From: Eledone cirrhosa
Lineage: Eukaryota
Direction: 5' to 3'
Assembly: GCA_964016885.1 (NCBI GenBank)
Contig: OZ024741.1
Location: forward strand, 400,334,001 to 400,398,000
Length of the DNA stretch: 64,000 nt
This document shows positions 12,395 through 25,099 of the stretch, piece by piece. Under the pieces are notes generated by a model. The model did not search any database, was not told the DNA's origin, and worked only from the letters and a program-made list of their open reading frames with translations. Each line of letters begins with the position of its first letter. Positions within the stretch are counted from its first letter, which is position 1. The position numbers were made by a program, and so were the translations under genes.

Positions 12395-13417
12395 TTAACT
12401 CTTTAGCATTTAAACCCTTTAGCATTTAAACTGGCTGTATTCGGCCAGAATTCTCTCACCTCTTTCTGTTCAAATTAGCTGTAACCCACTGTAACTAGCT
12501 GCTCATACTGATGTTAAGGTATTGTTCTTAAAATAAATATCAAAATCTCATATATTCGATATAATTGTTTCTGCTTTTGGCACAAGGCCAGCAATTATCC
12601 CAGTGTATTACTGGTGCTTTATAAAGGGCCGTAACTCTATGCTGAAAAGCATGGCGTCAGACCCTCTACCGATACTGCCAATCCGTGAGATAAAGCCTTT
12701 ACCACAATAATACAATAGTATATCTAGAGTAATCATCATCATCATCGTCATCATCGTTTAATGTCCATCTTCCGCGCTTGCATGGGTTTGGACGGGAGTT
12801 TTCCCACTTGAGGCAAGATTGGTTGTCCTGCTCGTATAGGACTGTCTGGCGGGTTTCCTATGGCTGGATGCCCTTCCTAACACCAACCACGTTTACAGTG
12901 TGGACTGGGAGGTTTTTACCATGTTACCTACACGGCCACATTACAGCGTGGACTGTGTGTTTTTTTGTCGTGACACCTACACGTCTGGCGGGTTTTCTAC
13001 GGCTGGATGCCCTTCCCAACACCAACCAGATTTACAGTGTGGACGGGGAGGTTTTTACCGTGTTACCTACATGGCCACATTACAGCGTGGACTGTGTGTT
13101 TTTTTGTCGTGACACCTATACGACCTCATTTGTTTCGGACTGGATGTTGTGGTACCAACATAACTTCACATTTAAGGGGTGGTGTGGATGGGGTGGGGGT
13201 AGTGGGACGGGGGTGTATTTTGTTAGAGGTGCCTACTGACTGTAGGTTTCGCTTTTTACTTAGGCAAGGCGAGTCTTCTGTATAACTGTGTAGCGCCAAA
13301 GATCTCGGTCCAGTGACATTGTCTTGGAGAGGTATAAGTGTGTGAGGTCAGAATTTATCAAGTCGTCCCAGGTTTTTCTGGGTCTGCCTACTCCGTGGCT
13401 ACCGTCTAAAGGGTTAA
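12395..13417. mobile_element. TTAA-flanked MITE interrupted by a SINE (12560-12685) and an RTE 3' end (12733-13405, minus)
   Basis: Left ttaa-ctctttagcattta; right taaaggg-ttaa at about 13407-13417; interior matches intact copies at 28198 and 37130. Confidence 0.7.
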
Positions 13418-14091
13418 ATTACGAATGTCAAGTGAAGAGTATAAATTTGTACATGGTATTGTTTTTATCATCATTCTACATCATAATTCAAGTTGAAATA
13501 TTTTAGTATACTTTTAAAATAGAAGGAAGTATGAAAATAAATAATATTCTTTACATTGAATTTTTGTTGAAATATTGAGTACTTTTTTTTAAAAACAAAA
13601 GAAAGTGAAAATAAATTCATTTTATTCATCATAAAAATTATTAAAATTGTAGCTTTTTTTTAGAAAAGTGTTGCTATTGTTGGTGTAGAAGCGATCACCA
13701 CCTTGTTTACACTTGCGGAAATGCTTGTAGTTTAATTTAAGGACCACTGCAGCACTAAAACTTCACTGGTCAGTAATCTCAATTGACCCTTGACATTATA
13801 TGACATGGTGATTTTCTGGGACATTTTGTAGAAAAAACGTGCATTTTATAAGCCATCAATTACGGTATTTATCACCCCGCTCCCCCAATGTTTTTATGCA
13901 GGGTAATATATATAGGGTAATATTTGGCTAAACTTAAATCTAATTTGATGTAATGATTATAAAAATATTCATTCTGTTGAATTAAAGAAAAAATAATCTT
14001 TAAATATAATTTTTAATTTTCAGCTAAAATCTTTGATTTACATGGAATTATACCCCATTTTTCAATTGCAGACACACACACACACACACAT

Positions 14092-14135
<44 letters not shown>

Positions 14136-14140
<5 letters not shown>

Positions 14141-14346
14141 AAAAAGATGTAGAAAAAATGCAATTGGAGTCTTTAAGAAGGTTTATAACTTTACAGGTTT
14201 CACAAGTTTCATGATTTTCAAAAGTTAAGAGAGATGGACAGATGTGTGGCTATGACGACTTGTATCTCACATCTGAGGAAGTTATAAATTATTGTAAATA
14301 ATCCTTTTTAAAGATTCCAATTGCATTTTAAACTTCTTTTTCCTAT
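14136..14346. mobile_element. Foldback/MITE with long inverted termini beside (TA)n
   Basis: ataggaaaaaga...aaatgcaattggagtctttaa vs ttaaagattccaattgcattt...tctttttcctat. Confidence 0.7.
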
Positions 14347-14570
14347 ATTTTTACTCATGTGGGATATATAAAACAAAAACTTATGGCGGTGGATTGGCAG
14401 TATCAGTAGAGAGTCGGACGCTATGCTTTCCAGCATAGTTACGTCCCTTTACGGTCTGAGTTCAAATCCCGCTGAGGTTCACTTTGCCTTTCATCCTTAC
14501 GGGGTCGATAAAATAAAGTACCAGTAATGTACTGGGTAATTGCTGGCCTTGTGCCAAAAGTAGAAACAAT

Positions 14571-14662
14571 TATTTAATATAGAAATGGTTTCTACAGAAC
14601 TAGAACTATTTCATACGAATGAAACAGTTCTAGTCCTGTAGAAGCCATTTCTTTATTAAATA
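14571..14662. repeat. 92-bp imperfect palindrome
   Basis: tatttaat..agaaatggtttctacagaactagaact / agttctagtcctgtagaagccatttct..attaaata. Confidence 0.8.
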
Positions 14663-14737
14663 ATGATGTTTACACTCTACTAATGTATTGAGTACCTTTC
14701 TTAGCAGTGTTTGCCCATAATTTTACACTGGATCTAC

Positions 14738-14812
<75 letters not shown>

Positions 14813-14888
14813 ATTATTTTATGTCAAAATGTGGTTTGAGAACTAACTGAGATCTACTTTCTGATTGATTTGGCCATTATATTTCCAG

Positions 14889-15160
14889 ATATTGAAACTA
14901 TTATTTTACGTCAAGATGTGGTGACAGAACTCACTGAGAATGAGGATCTGTTTTTTAATCTACAATCTATATTGAAAAGATTCTTGGACGTTGATCATCT
15001 GTTATCTCTGTGTGTCCAAATGCCCAAACAAGAGACATTAAAGACAGCAGAAAGTAAAATAACAAACATTATATATCTAAAGCATACATTAGAAATGGTG
15101 CCAGCTTTACAAGATGCTTTGAAGAAATCAGAAAATACATTACTGGTTGCCTATGCAAGG
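14889..15160 (+). CDS. MSH4: MSH4 exon F
   Basis: ttccag|AT...AGG|gttag; DIETIILRQDVVTELTENEDLFFNLQ...LLVAYAR; phase 1 to 0. Confidence 0.93.
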
Positions 15161-15267
15161 GTTAGCAATTTCTTCTCTATTAATTCCACTTGCTTCTATA
15201 ATTTCAATACTAATACTGGTGCTTCTATCTGTGGAAACATTTCATACTACAAAAACATAAAGCCACA

Positions 15268-15701
15268 TACGAAGGGGTGCTGAAAAGTTCCTGGCTTTGG
15301 GTAAAAAAAAATACAGGAGGATCATTTAATTATGATTTTATTTAGCACGGCGTGACGGAAAAAAGCACCCAGCACTCACTGTAAATGAGGTTAGTGTTAG
15401 GAAGGGCATCCAGCTGTAGAAATCAAGCCAGAATCAGTTCTCGTGTGAGCAAGACAAGGTCAGCCGACTGGACACTGCCCACTACAGGACAACCTGTCTA
15501 ACCCATGCTAGCATGGAAGAACGGGCATAACACAGTGATGATGATGATGATGATGATGATATTCTCCTCTCAGATCCACACACTTATTGCAGTGCTCCTT
15601 CAGTTTTTATAAGCCCTGTAAAAAGAACTCAGAAAGTTAGACCTCCAACCAGGCCTCTCTGATGCCCTAAAAGCTAGGAACCTTTTCAGTATCTCCTCAT
15701 A
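15268..15701. mobile_element. Tc1/mariner-type MITE with an inserted RTE tail (15345-15560)
   Basis: TA-cgaaggggtgctgaaaagttcctggcttt ... aaagctaggaaccttttcagtatctcctca-TA. Confidence 0.65.
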
Positions 15702-16164
15702 GCTTTTACATCAGTAAATTAAATATTTTGTGTATGTGTATATATGTGACATAAGAACGAGTATTCCACACCACCAACTATCATACCCCCTACCTCTTGG
15801 TCTCAGTCAACAGGATGGAGAACATATTGTTTCAATAATGATTTTAGAATTCCAAAATATATTTCTAAACTTTATTTTTCACAACAATAATTTTATTAGA
15901 AACTAATTTAACAAATTAGAAAAGAACCAGTAAACATATAGAACAAGAAAGCAGTATTGGTAAGGACTATACATGTCATAAATGAGAGGAAAAGGAGGGT
16001 AGAACAAGGACTATTAGGCAAAGGAAGGGGGAAGGGGAGAAGGTGACAGACTCTGCACCTAGTTTATTTAGAAATATATTCTGAAAAACTGGAGCTTAAA
16101 CTGTGTTTTAAATTTCAAACATTTAATATATTATCAATTATATGTTATCTATTTCTTTTTTTCT

Positions 16165-16812
16165 AAAGTGGTCATGTTGGTGATATGACAAATAAACACC
16201 CAGTCCACTCTGTAAACACAGTATTGTTGGTGATATGACAAATAAGCACCCAGTCCACCTTGTAGGGTGGTAGTATTGATGACATGGAAAAAAGCATCTG
16301 ATCCACCCTGTAATGGTAGTCTTGTTGGTGACATTACAAATAAGTAGCCAGTCCACTGTGTAAGGTGGTTGTGTTGATGACATGACAAAAAGCATCCAGT
16401 CCATGTTGTAAGGTGGTCTTGTTTGTGATATGATGAAATAGTAGCATCCTACATGTAAGGTGTTCATGTTGGTGACATGACAAAAGCACCTGGTCTACCC
16501 CGTAAGGTGGTCGTATTAGTGACATGACTAAAAGCCATGGTCCAGGTGATCATGCTGGTAACAAAGAAAAAAAGACCTAGTCCAACCTGTCAGTTGGTCA
16601 TTTTGATGCCACAATAAAAAGAATCCAGTCCAATAAAAAAGAATCCATGGTTGGTGTTAGAAAGAGCATCCAGCCATAGAATTGAAGCCAGAACCAGTTC
16701 TGTAGGAGCATGACATGGTCACCTGATCTGATTTATCTCACAAGGGACAACCCATCTAACCCATGCTTGCATAGAAATGTACGTTAAACAGTGATGATGA
16801 TGAAGACGATGA
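16165..16812 (+). repeat. Degenerate tandem expansion (about 10-11 x 47 bp) inside an RTE 3'UTR
   Basis: Repeated aaaagcacccagtccacnctgtaaggtggtc..gttggtgacatg, followed by the usual tail ending (GAT)n. Confidence 0.75.
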
Positions 16813-16864
16813 CATGTTATTCATTACCCATGAAATAATTAATCAGTGGCTTTAATTATTTTAG

Positions 16865-16984
16865 GCATTGGTTGATCCAAGAATTGAGATAATGAAAACA
16901 AAGATAGACAGTATCATTCATGAAGATACAAAATACCAAAAAGGTGTCCTTAATATGAAAACTCAGAAGTGTTTTGCTGTAAAG
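16865..16984 (+). CDS. MSH4: MSH4 exon G
   Basis: ttttag|GCA...AAG|gtaaa; ALVDPRIEIMKTKIDSIIHEDTKYQKGVLNMKTQKCFAVK. Confidence 0.93.
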
Positions 16985-17012
16985 GTAAATGCTTTTATAA
17001 TGTTTCTTATCT

Positions 17013-17362
17013 ACAGGGTCTGTGGAAAGAAACTCCCTATTTAAAGTTGTTAATAACTTTATTAATTATAGATTGACCAATGATTATTGGCCAGTTTTCA
17101 TAAAACATGTTTTATTTTTAACAGTACTAGCAGAAAACCACCCTCCAGGTGGTTTTCTGCTAACATGTGTAGTGTGCATATTGATATGGGGTCGATAAAA
17201 TAAAGTACCAGTAATGTACTGGGTAATTGTTGGCCTTGTGCCAAATGTAGAAACAATTATTTTGTTCAAGATAAAACATGTTTCATGAAAAATCAAGCAA
17301 TAATTAATAAAGTTATTAAGAATGTTAGAGTTTTATGAGTTTCTTTCCACCTACCCCGGATA
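17013..17362. mobile_element. TA-flanked MITE (Tc1/mariner-like) with an inserted SINE 3' half
   Basis: tacagggtctgtggaaagaaactc vs gagtttctttccacctaccccgga; internal aaaacatgtttt mirror. Confidence 0.55.
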
Positions 17363-18639
17363 TACTTCCATGTAAGTCACAGCAGTAAAGTTGTACCTTG
17401 TTTTGTGTTTATAATATTTTGGCTTCTGGTTTTCACATAAGTTGCATATTGCTGATTGTAAATACCATTTAAACTCCAATGCTTTTTCTATATGTTTGAC
17501 TAAATATTAAATTCTTTATTATTTTTATGTAATTTTATCCTAGAAATATATTTGAGGATTTTAAAATAAAATAATTTGACCTATACAGAAACAAAAAAGA
17601 ATCTTTGCTTATGACTGTGTTTAAATAATTGTTTCTACTTTTGGCACAAGGCCAGCAATTATCCCAGTATATTACTGGTACTTTATTTTATTGACCCCGT
17701 AAGCATGAAAGGTAAAGTTAACCTCGGCAGGATTTGAACTCAGACCATAAAGGGCCATAACTCTATGCTGCAAAGCATGGTGTCCGACTCTCTACCAATA
17801 CTGCCAATCCACCACCCTTAAATTGCATTTAAAAAATTATTTCTAATTTAGGCACAAGGCCAGTAATTCTGGTCACTGCCCTCAGCAGGGTTGAGCTCAA
17901 CTAGAGTATATTTCATTAGAAATGTAATCATGAAAGGGTTAAATAAAGTACCCATAAATTACTAGGGTCAAATTAATTATTTTAAAGGTTTCCAATTTAA
18001 ATTAAAATATTCGAACATAATTTTATATAAGAACCTTACATGAAGTTACCATCTTAGTCATGAAATAATTAATAATTTTAATAAATCATTCAAAATTCTT
18101 CATTAATTAATTGAAATAGAGTGTATTGTATTAGAAACATGGTCATGAAAGGGTTAACGTTTTAGTTACCAACCTGGCCCAAACCAGCTCTGGTTCCATG
18201 AAATAAAGCCACATATTTTAAATGTTTCCAATTTATATTAAAATATTCTAACATAATTTTATATAAGAACCTTTCATTAGGTTACTATGTTAGTAATGAG
18301 ATAATTAATAATTTTAATAAATCCCTCAGAGTGTATTTCATTAGAAATGCAGTCATGTAAAGGTTAAATAAAGTACCAGTAAGTTACTAAAGTCAAATTA
18401 ATCGATTTCCCCTGCCCACAAATTTCTAGCTTTGTGCTAAAATTAGAAATTACTATTGTAACAGCAATTATTCTAATGAAAAACTAATGAAAAACATTCT
18501 TATTTGTTAAAATTCCATTAACTAGTTTTCCCCAGTGAGCTATAGTGTTTATCTACTTTGTTATATTCTACACCTGTTCAACAGGTATTTAGTTGCAGGT
18601 TTGTATTTATTTTCTTTTTTTTCTTTTTTTATTTTATAG

Positions 18640-18652
18640 CCAAATATAAATG
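18640..18652 (+). CDS. MSH4: MSH4 13-nt microexon H (PNIN-G)
   Basis: Long T tract + tatag|CCAAATATAAATG|gtaagt. It bridges phase 0 (exon G) to phase 1 (exon I), giving CFAVK-PNING-LLDVARR. Confidence 0.88.
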
Positions 18653-19002
18653 GTAAGTACAAAAAAAAAAAAAAAAAAAAAAACATTTTTCTGAATTGTT
18701 TTAAGACTCTTGATAAACATTTTCTGACATTTCCAAAAGCAAATGTTAGTTTTATTTCTGTTTAACAGCATTAATCCTTTCATGACCGCATTTCTAATGA
18801 AAAACATTCTTTTTAATTAATGAATAAAGAATTTTTAGTGGTTTATAAAAATGATTAATTATTTCATTACTAGGAGTGTAACTGTATGAAATATACATAA
18901 GTTTATTTATCTAAGAGTCACAACAGCTATGATAAATCTATCTATCTATCTATCTCTCTCCCTAATAAAGAAATATATCTCTCTCTCTTTCTTTCTCACT
19001 CA

Positions 19003-19098
<96 letters not shown>

Positions 19099-20159
19099 TA
19101 TATTATATTTTGAGAATAAACTCTCAGTCGTTTACAATAATTAAGCTCCAGGAAAAGGGGCTCTTCCGAGCAGTTAAATACATTAAAATATATGATAAAC
19201 ACGAAATGTGTTTACATTGCAACAGACAAAGTTAGCTATTAATGAAATAAACTAATTAAAGTGAATACAATTTGTCTGTCTCGATATATATATATAGTTA
19301 TACTTGGGGAGGGTCATATTGGTGTAATATTGCCAGAAATAATAACAGAACACACTCACTGTTTGGTTGGTTTTCGCTTCTGTATCTTTTATATCTCCAT
19401 AGTTAATTTATTTGGCAATCAACGTTTATCATTGATTGACCAGCGGTTAAAAATACAGATATAAATATATATATATAGTCTAACAAACTTCTTCCGTTGC
19501 ACATCTGCAACATCATCAGTGGTACTATTATCATGTTTCCTCCTATTGTATTGTAATGTTTACGCCATTTTTATTTTATATATTTTATATATATATATAC
19601 TCAAAATCCATATTTAATAAAAACACCATGTTTTTTATTCATTCTAACGACTGAAGACAGATACAACATCTGTACCACTGGTAAATGAAATAATTATCTT
19701 ATGTTGTTTATTACATAACTATATATATACTCTACTAATCCTATTGTGTTCTCTGTTCTTGTTATTTATACTAAAACATGTATCCCATTATATATTGTTG
19801 TTGGACCTCCATCATTTGATGTGCCGCACTTGATTAAATCACAAAACTGCCTGCTTGTGAATTTAACATGTAAGTGACTGAGAATTCCACAGACATGTGC
19901 ATCCTTAGTACTTATTTCATTTGCGCATCTGCCATACACAAAGGCTGTTTTTTCTGTTAGCCTGCCTGTATTCCAATTACATTTGTTGTGTGTCCATGAA
20001 TTAGACAGTGTGCACCTTACATAATTACTGCCCCACCAATTTCTGACATATCAAAAAGGCCACTTTCCTCATGGTATCACCCTCATATTTTCTTTCCTAC
20101 TTATTAAGACTTTTGTCTTTGCTAAGTTTATTTTTAGCCTTTCAACACTAGGTTCTTCT

Positions 20160-21425
20160 TCCATGCTTGAAATTTTTTCTCTAACTCTTCTAAGGATTCA
20201 TCTATGAGGACTAGGTCACCAGCATATAGGAGCTCCCATGGAGTGCCAGTTTTAACTCCTCAGTGATGGTCTGAAGGACAATGATAAACAGGAGTTGACT
20301 GAAGGCTGAGCCCTGGTGGACTCCCACCTCTACTTCAAATTCATCACTGTACTCATTGCAATTTTTGCTTTGCTAGTTGCACCTTTGTACATGGCTTGCA
20401 TGTCTCTCACAAGCCATTCATCTTAATCTAGCTTCCTAAGAGCCCATCAGATTACAAAGCGTGAGACCCAGTCAAAGACAACCTCCATACCTTTAAAATC
20501 CAGATATAGTAGCTCATGCTTAGCTAATTATCTCTTCTGTGGTTGTCTCACAAGAAAGAGGGCATTGATGGTACCCCTACCTGGAATAAATCCAAACCCA
20601 AACTGCACCTCACCTAACTTGATTCTGTTCCTAATTAGTTGTGCTATAACCATTTCAGCAACTTCCATGGCCTGGTTCATCAACTTGATATCTCTGTAGT
20701 TACTTTTCTCTAGTTTATCCACTTTGCCCTTGTAGCAATTTACAATGATGGAGGCACATGGCTTAGTGGTTAGAGCATTGGCCTTGCAATCGAAAGGTTG
20801 TGAGTTCAATTCTCAGACCGGGTGATGTGTTGTTTCCTTGAGCAAGACACTTTATTTCACATTGCTCCAGTTTACTCAGCTGTAGAAATGAGATGATAGG
20901 GACTGGGGTCCATATCATTCCACTGTAAAGTGGTCGTGGAGGTGCCACGGCAAAAAAGCACCCAGCACTCACTGTAAATGAGGTTGGTGTTAGGAAGGAC
21001 ATCCAGCTGTAGAAATCAAGCCAGAGTCAGTTCCCGTCCCACCCTTGCAAGCAGGGGAAAGCAGACGTAAAATGAAATGATGATGATGATGATGACTGCT
21101 GTGCCAGTCATTGGGTATGACACCATCTTGTACTACTTGATTAACTATGCATCTGAGTAGCTCATATTTTACCATGCTAGATACTTTTAGCATCTCAGCA
21201 ACTATACCAGATGGTTCAGCTGCCTTCTCTATCTTCATGTTGTTAATTGCTTTATCTATCATACTGCTGTCAACTTTTATAGCTTGCCCCTCAGATGGGT
21301 CTGCTTGGGGTAGGCCCTTTCTGTCCCTTTTATTCTCTTCATTCAGCAGCCTCTCATAGTAAATCTTCCATGCTTCTTTCTTTACAGCATCAGACAAGGC
21401 AAGTGCTCCACTATCATTTCTCCAA
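20160..21425 (-). mobile_element. Degenerate RTE LINE RT fragment split by a chimeric SINE (20749-21095, +)
   Basis: Minus-strand ORFs 20990..21397 and 20528..20809 (IIVNCYKGK..NYRDIKL..QFGF), plus an ELLYAGD region near 20220. Confidence 0.85.
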
Positions 21426-23057
21426 CCACATCACAATTTTAGCTGTGGGGTTAAGCAGTTTGCTTTGCAAACATGAGATTTTGAGTTCAATCCCATTGTG
21501 ACACTTTAGATAAGGGTCTTCTACTATAGACTTTGTGAGTGAAACTTGATTGAGAGACACTGTGCAGAAGCTTCGCATGTTTGTGTGTGAGTGTAGTTGT
21601 CTCTACTATGTATATCTTTACACTGGCACCACTTAAAAACTACTGTGGCCATTTGTTTAAGTCCAATTGCTTAACAGTTTGACAGGTTAAGATCTGTAAA
21701 AGCTGGTATAAGGAAGGGAAACCTTTAAAACAATGACAATGATGAATAATTTAAATGTTATTTTCTCAGTATTTTTTCATTTCTCATTTTTTAACTTTTG
21801 TTTCCAAACCCATCAAAACAAAAGTTAGCATAAGTATCCTCCCTATTTATCATAATAATTGTTTCTAATATTATCATAATAATTGTTTCTACTTTTGGCA
21901 CAACGCCAGCAATTACCCAGTACATTTCTGGTACTTTAGTTTATCAACCCCATAAGGATGAAAAGCAAAGTTAACCTCGGCGGGATTTGAACTAAGACCA
22001 TAAAGGGACGTAACTCTATGCGTCAAAGCATGGCGTCAGACTCTCTACCGATACTGCCAATCCACCACCCTATTAACATAATAATAAACTATTAACATAA
22101 TTACGCTTTCCTTGTTTTTCTATAATGGTTTACTAATTTAGGCACAAGGCCAGCAATTTGAAGTGTTGAAGTGAAGGAGAAAGTTGATTAAATCGACCCC
22201 AGTACATTACTGTATTTTATTTTAAGCATCGGCGTAAGGATGAAAGGCTAAGCTATCCTTGGAGGCATTTGAACTCAGAAGGTAAAGGGAAATAACCATA
22301 TGCTGCAAAACATTGCCCAATGCTCTACTGTCAATCGACCACCCTTCCTATTTATCATAATTATAAATATTAACATAACTATGATGGTTCCTAATTTAGG
22401 CACAAGGCCAGCAATTTCAAGGACAAGAAACAGTCAATTACTTCAACCCCATTACTTGACTGGTATTTTGTTTTATTGACCCTAGAAGGATGAAAGGCAA
22501 AGTTGACCTTGGAAGAATTTGAACTCAGAATGTAAAGAGTCAGAACAAATACTCCAATGCAAACTGCCTGAACACTTGGTAGAGTGTGGGAACATATGTA
22601 AGATACATGCCCCAGGCCTATCTGAGGGGTCAGTAGCTCTATTTGAGTGCCGAATAGGTTCTTTTATAACCTGTCCAACCTTTGCTGGTTCAAGTCTCAT
22701 TGTAGATAACTTTGCCTTTCATCCTTATGGGGATCAATAATATAAAGTATCAGTAATATACTGGGGTTGGAGTACATTAATCGCTAGTTTTCCTTCCTCC
22801 TAAATTCAAAGTCTTGTGCTTATGTTAAAAACCATTATTCTAATCCTCTAAAGAGTGTGGGGGGTGGAGGGGTGGGGGTGGAGGATTGGCAAATTGCCTT
22901 TGTAATCCAGTCTTGATCAACTTTGCCTTTCATCCTTCCAGGGTCGATAAAATAAAGTACCAGTGAAGTACTGGGGCTGATGTACTTGCTGGCCTTGTGC
23001 CTAAATTAGAAATCATTATTTTTATTATCTAAGATCTCAAATTCTATTTTATTGCAG

Positions 23058-23111
23058 GATTATTAGATGTGGCTCGCAGAACTTACACAGAAATTGTTGA
23101 TGATATTGCTG
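23058..23111 (+). CDS. MSH4: MSH4 exon I
   Basis: ttgcag|GA...GCTG|gtaaa; GLLDVARRTYTEIVDDIA, a highly conserved MSH4 motif. Confidence 0.94.
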
Positions 23112-23204
23112 GTAAATTAAAACATTTCAGCACCTTTCATTAACCCCTCCATCCAAAAAGATGTCTTAAACAAGAGTTTTTATATGTAAACATTATATAT
23201 GTGT

Positions 23205-23862
23205 AAGTGAGAAATTAGGTATAAGAGAGAAGGCTACGTTGGTATGGTCACGTGATGCGCATGAAAGACGACAGCTATATAAAAAAGTGCAGGGCGATCA
23301 AAATTGATGGAAGCTACTGAGTAGATAGACCCAGAAAAACCTGGGACGATTTGATAAATTCCAACCTTACACACTTACACCTCTCTAAGACAATGTCACT
23401 GGACCAAGATCTTTGGCGCTACACAGTAATACAGAAGACCCGTCTTGCCTAAGTACAAAGCAAAACCTACAGTCAGTAGGCAGCTCATAATCAAATATAC
23501 ACCCCACTCCCATTACCCTTACTCCACTCCACCCCCACTCCCACCAACACCACCCCTTTCTCTGTAAAGTTATGTTGGTACCACAACATCCAGTCCTAAA
23601 TAAATTAGGTTGTGTAGGTGTCACGACAAAAAAAAACACAGTCCACGCTGTAATGTGGCCGTGTAGGTAACATGGTAAAAACCTCCCAGTCCACACTGTA
23701 AATGTGGTTGGTGTTAGGAAGGGCATCCAGCCATAGAAAACCTGCCAGACAGTCCTATACGAGCAAGACAACCAATCTTGCCTCAAGTGGGACAATTCCC
23801 ATCTAAACCCATGCTAGCATGGAAGATAGACATTAAACGATGATGATGATGATGATGATGAT
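23205..23862 (+). mobile_element. RTE LINE 3' end with 3'UTR
   Basis: RRLRWYGHVMRMKDD...RPRKTWD, near-identical to 62150-62807. Confidence 0.88.
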
Positions 23863-23883
23863 ATATATATATATATATATATA

Positions 23884-24576
23884 GGCTTTTCCCTCAAAAT
23901 GAAAGGTAGACTATGATGCGTATATACGAACAGCAATGTTACATGGTAGTGAGACCTGGGCTCTGTCTGTAGAAGACTTGCGTAGATTAGAAAGAAACGA
24001 AGCCTGCATGCTCCGATTGATGTGTAATAGTAATATACGTGAACGCAAAGCATAAACGAATTGAGAGAGAGACTGAGCATAAGAGGAATCAAATGTTGTG
24101 TGCAGAAGAGGAGATTGCGTTGGTATGGACATGTGATGCATACAGAACACTAGAAGTTGATGGAAGCCTTGGAGTGGGGAGACCCAAGAATACCTGGGAT
24201 GAGGCGATAAAAGCTGACCTTGCCCAATTGCAACTCTCAAAGGTGATGACACAGGACCGTGACCTCTGGTGTTACCCAGTAATACAGAAGAACCGACTTC
24301 CCACGGGTACAAGCTGAAGCTGAAGCATATAGACAATATGTCCCCACCCCTCCCACTGCAAAGTGGTCGTGTAGGCGCCACAGAAAAAAAGCACCCAGCA
24401 CTCACTGTAAATGAGGTTGGTGTTAGGAAGGGCATCCAGCTGTAGAAATCGAGCCAAAATCAGTTCCTGTATGAGCAAGACAAGGTCAGCCGACCGGGCA
24501 CTGCCCACAACAGGACAACCCGTCTAACCCATGCAAGCATGGAAGAATGGACGTAAAACAGTGGTAATGATGATGA

Positions 24577-24580
<4 letters not shown>
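23884..24580 (+). mobile_element. RTE LINE 3' end of a second subfamily with 3'UTR, between (TA)n tracts
   Basis: LHGSETW...RLRWYGHV...GRPKNTWD; tail ends gatgatgat. Confidence 0.88.
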
Positions 24581-24667
<87 letters not shown>

Positions 24668-24872
24668 GCACTATTTTCATATATTACCTCTCTATTTTGT
24701 CTTTAAACACATTATAAGGTCATTCGTGACTGAAGGGTGTCTCTATCTCTCTACCCTAAACCAACTACACACAGTACCAGATCATTCTAATAAAACTTCC
24801 CTTATTTACCATTTTTTCTTTATCAATTTTTTTGTTTATTTTGCCACCAGTTGACCTTCTCTATTTAAATAT

Positions 24873-24945
24873 TTTATTTTATTTTATTTTATTTTATTTT
24901 ATTTTATTTTATTTTATTTTATTTTATTTTATTTCATTTTATTCT
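24873..24945. repeat. (ATTTT)n microsatellite
   Basis: Direct reading of the sequence. Confidence 0.9.
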
Positions 24946-25099
24946 TATATTCACTTATCTCTGTCTATCTTGTTTGGTGTTTCTCAACTGTAAGAAGTAC
25001 CAGAGACTTTGCCTGGTCTGCCATTGCTTACTAGCTCTATACGGACATTTAAATGGATAAAATAAATAGATAAATAAATAAATATATTACTGAAACATA

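Noticed and set aside
15161-15283. Extension of exon F as in the ORF track
   Set aside because: Similarity and phase fit a donor at 15161; the read-through runs into a MITE.
19480-19700. Two further hammerhead-like cores (minus-strand CTGATGA near 19515; plus-strand CTGAAGA near 19651)
   Set aside because: The GAAA box or stem I is degenerate; at best decayed Penelope relics.
20749-20822. tRNA gene (also 25222, 6643 and family-1 heads)
   Set aside because: Poor acceptor stems, and each continues into a SINE body; these are SINE heads.
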